DNA from: Salinispira sp.
GTDB lineage: Bacteria; Spirochaetota; Spirochaetia; DSM-27196; Salinispiraceae
DNA: 55,628 nucleotides
NCBI GenBank assembly: GCA_965226555.1
Contig: CBDDDG010000024.1
Coordinates: 1 to 55,628 of the forward strand
Direction of reading: 5' to 3'
Part shown: piece after piece, positions 47,661-55,628 of the stretch
Numbering within the stretch: the stretch's first letter is position 1
Layout: each line of letters starts with the position of its first letter
Program-made: the position numbers and the translations under genes
Notes under the pieces: model-generated
Database searches by the model: none
What the model was told of the DNA's origin: nothing
Seen by the model: the letters and a program-made list of their open reading frames with translations, nothing else

Positions 47661-47810
47661 CGCGGGCATTCAATGGCAATATCTCGGGTTGGAATGTCAG
47701 CGCGGTAACGAATATGTCGGAAATGTTCAGTTACGCAATCGCATTCAATCAGAATCTTGAGGAGTGGAAGGCCCATTGGACGCCCGAAACTGGCAACAAG
47801 CTCGATGCCA
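47661..47810 (+). pseudogene. 3' remnant of a DUF285 repeat gene
   Basis: [40 protein letters not shown] with no upstream gene body. Confidence 0.8.
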
Positions 47811-47851
47811 AGAGTTATTTGTACGAATTCAGGGAAAAACGGAGAGAGTGA

Positions 47852-50526
47852 ATGTTATTTGAACGGCAGCAGTATCAGGAAGATTGTGTACATAATATTC
47901 TTTCTGTTTTGCGGGTAACGAACGGACAGTGCCATGTTTCGCGCGACAAATTGCGTGAAGTGCAGGATCGCGATGGCATTCCGGCGCGTAAAATGGTCAA
48001 TGCGCGCCGTCTCGATGTGCTCATGGAGACGGGCACGGGTAAGACCTTCACCTATCTCAAAACCATGTACGAAATGAACAGGCGATTCGGCATTAACAAG
48101 TTTGTCGTTTTTGTGCCGCGCATTGCGATACGGGCGGTTGTTGTGCAGAACATTGTGCTCACTGCCGATTATTTCTTTCAGGAATACGGCAAGCGCATAA
48201 AAAAGCACAAATATGGCGATAAAGGCGGGTTAGGTCAGGTTTTTGACTACATTCGCAATGAAAACGAGTTCTCGGTTTTAATTTTAACGAGCTCGTCCAT
48301 TACCAGCCGCAACAAAGCCGACCGCATATTGACCAGTAGAAATGAGGGTTTACCGTTTTCGCAAAAGTCGCCGCTCAATGCCATTGCTGAACTTAATCCG
48401 GTGGTTTTTATTGATGAACCGCATTTGTTAAAGGGCGCTGGGTTTGTTGAGTCCTACCGGCAGCATTTTACGCATTCGCTGCGCATCCGATTCGGCGCGA
48501 CCTTTCCCGCGGACAGCGCAAACAACTAACGAGTATCTGGTCAAAAAAATACGAGTATCGACCGTTGTGGACGGCGATTCGAACATCAAATTTTATCGGC
48601 CAGCCAACGGAGAACGCAAGCACATCGACATCTCCTATTTCAAGAATGGCGTGGAATATCGGCGCACCATCGCCTTCGGCGTCAACCTTGCCGGCCTTAC
48701 CGAAATTGGGGAGTATAATTTCAGTGTCCTGAAAATTGATGACAATGAGGTAATTTTAAGCGATTTGACACGGCGCAAACTGTCGATATCTGACTACTCC
48801 CTGCCATCGGACTCCATTCGCCGGATGATACGCCAGACAATTATCATTCATTTTGAAAAAGAAGAGGAATTATTTACCCGCAACATTAAAACACTGTCGT
48901 TGTTCTTCATTCCCGGAATACGCGATTTTCGGGGCGAAAATCCCCGCATCAAAACCATATTCGATGAGGAATACGCAGAGCAGCGAAAAATTGTTTTGCA
49001 GAAAAACCTGAACCCCGCGTATAGGAATTATCTCAGGAATGACTACGATGATGAGGGAAAATTACGCATACGCGAAGGATATTTCTCCGGCGACCGGGGC
49101 AGCAGGGACATGAAGGAATTGAATGGCGTCAATATTATTTTGAACAACAAGCCGAAACTGTTATCTATTGCTGAGCCCCTGCGGTTTATTTTTTCCGTGT
49201 GGGCGCTGCAGGAGGGTTGGGATAATCCGAACGTTTTCACTATCTGCAAACTGGCTCCGACCGATAAGGAAACATCGCGCCGTCAGCAAGTCGGGCGAGG
49301 TCTGCGCCTTGCGGTCGACAATAATGGCAAACGCCAGACTCTTGCGCATTGCAGTGAAAATGAGGAGAGCTTTTACACAATTAACATGCTGGACCTTGTG
49401 GTGTCTGGACATGAGAAAAATTTTATTGAAGAAATTCAGAACGAAATTATCGGCGACAGCATTACACACAAGCAATTAACATCCGCGGCATTGGCAAAAC
49501 TGAAATTAAACGCTTCGCACATTGCCCGGCTTATCGTGTTTCTGGAAGATAATAATATTATCCGTATTTCAGATGAGAACGATCAGGTATGGGAAATTGT
49601 TTCACCGGTTGCGGACTTTCTGGCGGCCAATAAGGAACATGCGCCCCCAATACTCAAGAGCGTCTACGATGTCTTAGTTAGTGCCTTCCGAAAATCGATG
49701 TCATCCCCTGTCGAGAATCGAAACAGGCCAACGGATATGGTCGGCATTCGCGCCGCAAAATTCAGAGAATTTGAAGAATTATGGAAAACCATTACCCAAA
49801 AGGCAAAAATTGTCTACCGGAACATTGACGAGGAGGCACTAATACATGAAATTAAAACTGCCTTCGACCGGGAAACCATTCATCCGAAAGAAATGAGGAT
49901 TATTGAGAAAACATATAACCACAAAGATAACAGCATTGAGACAAGGGAAAGTACTATTGGCGATGCGCAATTTTTCACAACACACAGCTATGCCTCATTC
50001 ATTACCAATTTTGCAGGCAATGAAAACCTGTCTCTCTCATTCTGTCGGAAACTGTTTAACACTCTGAATAAGGACAAAATACGAAACGATCCGGGCAGGG
50101 CATCCGAATTACTGGCAAAAATTTTCAAAGACAGTCTTCACAAAACCATTGTTCAGGGAATTGGCTACCAATTTGATGGTGAAATTGCCATAGATTACCG
50201 GCGATCCGTCTACGGTCGACAATAACACCATCGTCGTGTTTGCTAAGCTCCCCCGAATCAGTATTCCCACGCCCTATAAATCGTACAGCCCGGATTTTGC
50301 CTACTTTGCGCAAACTCAAACAGGCAAAAATCTGTTTCTCATTGTGGAAACCAAGGGCTATAATAGCGAAGCCGACATTCCTGAAGACAAGAAGCGTAAA
50401 ATTGAATATGCGGAAAAATTCTTCAGCGCGCTCAATTCGCGCATGAAAGTGGCCAAGGTGGCATTTAAACGGCGAATTACCACAGAATCGCTGACAGAAT
50501 TGCTGCATAGCATAGGAGATTCATAA
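47852..50526 (+). pseudogene. res: Type III R-M restriction subunit, broken into three frames
   Basis: METGTGKT, DEPH, RFGATF | LQEGWDNPNVF, QQVGRGLRL | VFAKLP, YSPDFAY, VETKG. Breaks near 48527 and 50215. Confidence 0.88.
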
Positions 50527-50577
50527 AATGATTAGCAGAGATGACGCGCTCAAAGCGGGGTTTGAGGTCAGGGATTC

Positions 50578-51430
50578 ACCCGCATTTTGAAGTACCTTAC
50601 ACATTGTAAGTACGGGAAGGGCTTTTAAAAATCTGCCTTCGCTTGTCGTTCCCCAATAACCAATGTTGTTAATATAAATATCTACAAATGGAGCAATGCC
50701 ACCCCCAAGCCTTTTCCTATATGCATATACCTTTTTTTCTGTTGAGGTAAAACGAAGTCTTTTTATCTCCCATTTTGACCACTTGTTTGCCCGTAATGGT
50801 TTCGGGAACAAATATTCCCAAATTTGGAAGCAAGACCTTTCTTAATTTATTTGGAAACGCTCTTAACATTTCTGTTGTGCCTTCTTGTCTTGGCTCACAC
50901 ACATATTGCTCATCATTAACCGAAGTAAAGAAAACCTTCTTTAAATTAATATGCTTGTATGTAACATCATTTGGAGATACAACCTTATCTAATTCAGAAG
51001 AATAATATTCTACGGGTCTAATAAGACCTTTGGATGCTTTACTAAAATCAAATAGTCCTTTAGGAATTGATGAGTATTCGATTCTTGACTTTTTTAAATC
51101 GCCTCCTAAATCTAATTTAGATTCTACACTATCTAAAAATCCATCTATTGCAGTAATTAAGGGGGGATAAAAATATTGACCTAAAATGTTATCAATCTGA
51201 AATTGCTCTTGAACTGATTGGTCGCTTTCTGATGAATAGCCATAAAAGTTAAAACCAAAATCTCCCGTGCCACCACTTCCTTCCGTTAATTCTTTGTCCG
51301 AAGTAACAGTCATACCCATACTCATAGCGGTTTCCTTGCCCTTTTCAGCATAGGCTTTAGGATTTTCACTAAAAGCTATTTGGCTTTGTGATAAACCACT
51401 AATTCTTTGATATTGACTATCTAAACCCAT
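50578..51430 (-). pseudogene. Phage-like protein downstream of the AAA+ ATPase (possible vWA-type partner), frameshifted and truncated
   Basis: ORF 50717-51430 continues plausibly as ...MGDKRLRFTSTEKKVYAY...FVDIYIN...KVLQNAG if the T5 run at 50760-50764 were T4. Ends at the junction. Confidence 0.55.
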
Positions 51431-51431
51431 T

Positions 51432-52835
51432 TTATCTAATTACACCTTCGTTTTTCTGATTAAACGCCATTATTAAGGCTTCTGCTTCTGTTTTATCTAC
51501 TTCTGTATCCAAATCCCCTATTGGCATTTTATTTTTTACATCAACTAACTGAAAGAACTCATCAACATTAACATCCTTCATTAATTCCCCTTTTTGACTT
51601 GCGGTAAATAAGTCTAAAAATGATTCAATAGCCTCTTGTAGCGTTTTAGCATTAGGTATTGGATTTTTTTGCTCCATATTGATTCTATAAGCGATATAAG
51701 TATCTCTCATCGATACCATTGCTCTTGTAGAAACGAATGCACGAGATGAATACCTATCTCTTTGCTCAATAGCATTACGCAACTTGAACATAAAGTTGAA
51801 TATAAAAGTGAAATTACAGATTGACTTTTTGCCATTGATTTCTACCAAGATTCCACTCATAATTTGGTCTAACTCATACTGTGGGTCTATAATTAATTTA
51901 TAGGTGCTACCTACAAATCTATCTTGAAGTGATAAATCTTGCTTAAAGTTAGCTTCATAGTCTGCATCAGCCTCATTTAGTTTTGAGTTACCCGTAGCAA
52001 TAACAAAAACATTTCCTTTTTGAATAAGTTGTCCTCTACCATTCATAATTGATGGTGGAATTAATGTTTCTTTTCCATCTACCACTCTGTACTTGTAAGG
52101 GTCTTTAATTTTTGACAATCCATCGTTAAGAACACCCGCAGAGTTAGGGTCAAGTTTTGGCAACTCATCAAGCAATAACAATGCACCGCTATAAGGTTTT
52201 CCATTATTTGGGTTTACACCAAGACCTTTGTTACCATCTTCGTCTAAATTTCCAAATGCTTGGGTTAGACGACCTTCTTGATACCCCTCAATGGTCTGTC
52301 CTCCAATAATCTGTAATTCCCCCGTAAATTGATTACAGTTAAGAGTAATAAGTTTATAGTTTAAGGCATCTGCGATTTGACCCGAAATATATGTTTTACC
52401 CGTTCCCGCACCTCCATATAGGTACACATTGTTTCCCGCTTCTGCATCAGACAAGATTACCTCGAATATTCTTCTGACCTTTCCGCCCTCTGTTTTTGCT
52501 TTGATGTTTTGGAAGTTTACAAGAGTAACTGTTTGACTTCTGCCAATCAAATCCACTACATCTTTTTTAAGATTGTCAATTCCAAACTTTGTGGATTTTA
52601 CCTCATCGGATACAATATCTCTTACTTTATCATCTTGGATAGTAACCGAACTTACTGCTTTGTCAAGTTGTGAACTTAATTTATTAATCAGAACAGAAAC
52701 CTCATCTTCTGTTAAGTCCTCATCTAAATTCTCTAAAGCAATTAGCTTATCAAGTTCCTCTTGGTATGCATCAACCAAAACGGGATTGGTTTCGTTTGCT
52801 ATCTTATTTTTTAATTCTTCTTTAGTTAAAGCCAT
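51432..52835 (-). CDS. MoxR/CbbQ/CobS-like AAA+ ATPase (phage-type)
   Basis: Walker A GGAGTGKT, Walker B LLLLDE, sensor-1 IATGN, arginine finger QDRF, sensor-2 VSTR. Confidence 0.85.
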   Translation of the reverse strand: MALTKEELKNKIANETNPVLVDAYQEELDKLIALENLDEDLTEDEVSVLINKLSSQLDKAVSSVTIQDDKVRDIVSDEVKSTKFGIDNLKKDVVDLIGRSQTVTLVNFQNIKAKTEGGKVRRIFEVILSDAEAGNNVYLYGGAGTGKTYISGQIADALNYKLITLNCNQFTGELQIIGGQTIEGYQEGRLTQAFGNLDEDGNKGLGVNPNNGKPYSGALLLLDELPKLDPNSAGVLNDGLSKIKDPYKYRVVDGKETLIPPSIMNGRGQLIQKGNVFVIATGNSKLNEADADYEANFKQDLSLQDRFVGSTYKLIIDPQYELDQIMSGILVEINGKKSICNFTFIFNFMFKLRNAIEQRDRYSSRAFVSTRAMVSMRDTYIAYRINMEQKNPIPNAKTLQEAIESFLDLFTASQKGELMKDVNVDEFFQLVDVKNKMPIGDLDTEVDKTEAEALIMAFNQKNEGVIR

Positions 52836-52841
52836 CGTTAT

Positions 52842-53969
52842 TTATTTTATATTTTCTATGAATTTTGAGCATCTTTCCGCTTCCTCTATTAATGCTTTGT
52901 TTAGTTGTTTTATCATTCTTTGATATACTTGGTTGTATGTGTCAAACGCTTCTGATTCTTCCATTTCTTCTCTATAAGAACTTTCATCTGCCTCTACGCC
53001 TTGTGATTTTTCTACTGCTTGAAACACACCCGTAACCAATATTTGTGGTTTTTTGCCAACTATGTTGTTTGATTGCTGTATTCCCATTTGAACATCATAC
53101 TGAAAATCTTGGGGCTTTATTGAATCATTACTATAAACTGTAACCTCGTATTTCAAGCTATCACTTTGTAGATATAATCTTTTGTGTACATCTACATAGT
53201 CTAATTTATCAATAGTAAGATATTTAAAAGAGCCATCGTCATCTTCTGTTTTTACAGAATCCAAAAGTTTTTTGATGTCCATAAATAAAGGTTGATAACC
53301 AAACTCTAATAACTCCTTTTCAACCCTTTCTTGTTGTTCTTCTTCTTCGCTACGACCTTCACTTCCGCCTTCTCCTTCTGATTCATCTTCTCCATCTATT
53401 TCTTCTCCATCACTTCCGCCTTGACCTTCTGATTCTTCTCCATTCCCATCTTCTTTTGAGCCACCGCTTCCGCTTCCTTCTTCATCGCCCTCGCCTTCGC
53501 CTTCTCCTTGACCTTGACCTTTGCTTTCGCCTTCTTCATCGCCCTCGCCTCCTTGACCTTCGCCATCTCCACCTTGTCCTTCTAATGGTTCTCCTTCGCC
53601 ATCTCCACTTTGACCCTTGCCATAGCCATCTTGCATATTGGGGTTGTTAAGAAATTCAATTAATCCAACATTTGGGTCTATTTCTCCTCCATCTGTTCTT
53701 GGCTTGAATGGTTGCATATTTTCAATATCAATAGGCTCTATAACGGGTGTGAAAGGCTCTCCATCTCCACCAAATTCTTCTGATGCGATTAAGGTAACTA
53801 ATTGGGCATCAGTTGTTGCCTCATCCAATCCGAGATTTCTCTTTATTGCAGTTTTTGTGGTTGAGGGTATGGCAGAAACTAATAGTTCAACATCACTAAC
53901 CTCGCTAATACCCGCAGTAAGACCTTTATTGCCCGTAATTTCTTCTATTAATCTTATTGTTCTTCCCAT
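52842..53969 (-). CDS. Hypothetical acidic protein with Gly/Glu-rich low-complexity region
   Basis: 375-aa ORF, tightly packed between neighbours. GEGEG-type tract at ~53340-53620. Confidence 0.7.
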   Translation of the reverse strand: MGRTIRLIEEITGNKGLTAGISEVSDVELLVSAIPSTTKTAIKRNLGLDEATTDAQLVTLIASEEFGGDGEPFTPVIEPIDIENMQPFKPRTDGGEIDPNVGLIEFLNNPNMQDGYGKGQSGDGEGEPLEGQGGDGEGQGGEGDEEGESKGQGQGEGEGEGDEEGSGSGGSKEDGNGEESEGQGGSDGEEIDGEDESEGEGGSEGRSEEEEQQERVEKELLEFGYQPLFMDIKKLLDSVKTEDDDGSFKYLTIDKLDYVDVHKRLYLQSDSLKYEVTVYSNDSIKPQDFQYDVQMGIQQSNNIVGKKPQILVTGVFQAVEKSQGVEADESSYREEMEESEAFDTYNQVYQRMIKQLNKALIEEAERCSKFIENIK

Positions 53970-53971
53970 TT

Positions 53972-55627
53972 TTAAAATATAATACCACCCACTTCAAGCC
54001 TACTGTCCTCTGCAAACTTGGAAAAGGTATTGTTAGTTGTAAATTTTATCTGATTTGAATTGAACGCAGTAAATGACAAAGAAGCATCCTCAAATCCTCT
54101 TTTTTGTGATTCGGGAATAAATTCATAGAATGAAAATCCATCATAAGGAGTGTTGTTTTTGATGAACAAATTAAATTGTTGCCAATGTCTTATAACCACC
54201 CAAGAATAAACCGCTTGTGTTCTGTCTTTTATCTCATCATAGCCCTCTATTTTTGATAAATCCAAATCATATTTAACTTCAAGGTATTTCAGATAATCAT
54301 TAAAAGGAACTTTGTCAATGCCAAAAGGCGTAAAGTCTATCGGGTTTTTAATATCCAAAAAGCAAGAGTACACAAATGTTCCCTTCAAAGGGTTGTCTTT
54401 TTTAATCTCTGCACTTTGCACACCCGCTTCATCTCCTCTCATCATCCAAGATTTTGCAAACCAATCAGCAAACTGTTTCTTTTTAGCGAAATAGTGAAGG
54501 TTGTTCTTTTCGTAAGTATCCCATTGAGTGAATTTTGTATCTGTTCCGTGATACACAACCAAAGGTTCTTTAGTTTTTGGGTTTATAATTTTGGAAACAC
54601 CCTCATAATTACCCGTTTCATAAGCTAATTCCCAATCTCCAAACCACTCTAAAAATGATTCTGACCTTACTGCCTCATATTCTTTTTTAGTCAATTCAGA
54701 TGGTTCTCCGTTAATTGCTTTTGCTTTTCGCAAATCTCTTTTAGCATTAATATCCCCAAACTCTATTGTTTGAGAAACTGCAAAATCATTTAGTAAATCT
54801 TTAAAAGAGCGGTTTTCTAATCTAATTTCGTCTAATGTGATTTCGTATTTTCTAATATTACGCAAAGCAATACCCTTGTCTATCTCGGAAAGGAATCTCT
54901 TTTTGACTTCATATTTTTTTCGCAAGTCTGAAATTTTATTTTCTAAAAATGTTTCTTCAAATGTTTTTTCTCTTACATCTCCACCCTCGTCAAACTTGTC
55001 AATATTTTTAAGATATTCTTTTCCAAGTTCTTCTCTTGCTTTATCAAATGATTCTGAATCATTAAATTCCCCTCCTTGCTTATACACATCTCCAAAGCCA
55101 TAGGTGGATTGTAAATCCGACATAGCTTCATTGGGGTCGGTAACTATTGCAGTTGTTACAGTTCCGCCCATAGCATAAGCCAAATCTTTACCACACATTG
55201 TTTTTCCGCCATATTCATACTCGGCATTGCAATCAAACATTAAATCATTTGGAACTTCGCCTCCATCTGCAAAAGAAACTCCACCTCCACTTTCGTTTAT
55301 TGCAGAAAGTATTTGTCGGTTAGTCATCATTTTACCATTGAAACTTCTCTTTTTTGGGTCTGAAACTGCATCTCTTGTGATTACAACTTCTCCGCCTTCC
55401 ATTTCAAGAGGTTGCCCCGTAGATTTATTTATTGCTTTGATTCCACCCTTACTATGTCTTTTTCCCACAAGCATACCACCCGCTTGACCCGAAGCGTGAA
55501 CAATTTTGTCTTTTATTTGACCATCGGGGTTAAAATCTGTTTCCCCGCCTTTTTTGTATTCAATAACTTGGCTTGGAACTTTTAATGTTGATAATCCAAA
55601 CCCTTGCTTTCTTTCAAAATTTGAATC
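53972..55627 (-). CDS. Large phage polyvalent-type protein with ART-PolyVal-like (ADP-ribosyltransferase fold) domain, 5'-partial
   Basis: Frame open to the window edge. GGMLVGKRHSKGGI...EMEGGEVVI, then VRSESFLEWFGDWE, EPLVVYHGT, FLDIKNP, YDG, FNSNQIK. Confidence 0.72.
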   Translation of the reverse strand, partial: DSNFERKQGFGLSTLKVPSQVIEYKKGGETDFNPDGQIKDKIVHASGQAGGMLVGKRHSKGGIKAINKSTGQPLEMEGGEVVITRDAVSDPKKRSFNGKMMTNRQILSAINESGGGVSFADGGEVPNDLMFDCNAEYEYGGKTMCGKDLAYAMGGTVTTAIVTDPNEAMSDLQSTYGFGDVYKQGGEFNDSESFDKAREELGKEYLKNIDKFDEGGDVREKTFEETFLENKISDLRKKYEVKKRFLSEIDKGIALRNIRKYEITLDEIRLENRSFKDLLNDFAVSQTIEFGDINAKRDLRKAKAINGEPSELTKKEYEAVRSESFLEWFGDWELAYETGNYEGVSKIINPKTKEPLVVYHGTDTKFTQWDTYEKNNLHYFAKKKQFADWFAKSWMMRGDEAGVQSAEIKKDNPLKGTFVYSCFLDIKNPIDFTPFGIDKVPFNDYLKYLEVKYDLDLSKIEGYDEIKDRTQAVYSWVVIRHWQQFNLFIKNNTPYDGFSFYEFIPESQKRGFEDASLSFTAFNSNQIKFTTNNTFSKFAEDSRLEVGGIIF

Positions 55628-55628
55628 T

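Larger units (their letters stand above)
50578..55628 (-). mobile_element. AT-rich phage-like segment (large-phage gene cluster), runs off the window
   Basis: Abrupt compositional and codon-usage shift. Tightly packed minus-strand genes with phage-type domains. No integrase or att site visible. Confidence 0.7.

Noticed and set aside
47852..50526. Programmed frameshifting or readthrough producing a full-length third Res
   Set aside because: Conserved segments appear to be missing at both breaks and no slippery motifs are evident, which fits a pseudogene better.

Overview
This 55.6 kb window is bacterial chromosome, most likely from a spirochaete (two tandem flaA sheath genes). Its FN3, ankyrin and DUF285 repeat proteins suggest a host-associated lifestyle (inference). 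Housekeeping genes are a 5-FTHF cyclo-ligase, ndk, pepF, a DEDDh exonuclease, a phosphohexomutase, a UvrD/Rep helicase, tRNA-Leu(TAA), tatD, a cNMP histidine kinase and flaA x2. Five accessory layers are interleaved with them. (i) A family of modular surface proteins (FN3 + unnamed spacer domain + hypervariable 75-bp DUF285/BspA-like repeats; four genes and one remnant). (ii) A ~14 kb defence island (9.8-23.8 kb): ATPase + nuclease-like pair, Type III R-M with IS3-split mod and an embedded DUF4145 gene, DUF262-DUF1524 with an internal deletion, ankyrin protein, further unknown genes. (iii) A second intact Type III R-M next to the tRNA and a third, decayed res. (iv) Two near-identical IS3 copies, one IS30, several IS-end remnants, an Rpn nuclease with a hidden internal start, and a FitAB/VapBC toxin-antitoxin pair. 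(v) From ~50,580, an abrupt switch to AT-rich large-phage-like DNA (AAA+ ATPase, acidic protein, polyvalent ART-like protein with recurring xxGG motifs). A family of AT-rich 3-nt-loop palindromes marks many intergenic regions, and several core enzymes carry GC-rich tandem-repeat insertions. All calls come from manual motif reading; no searches were run.
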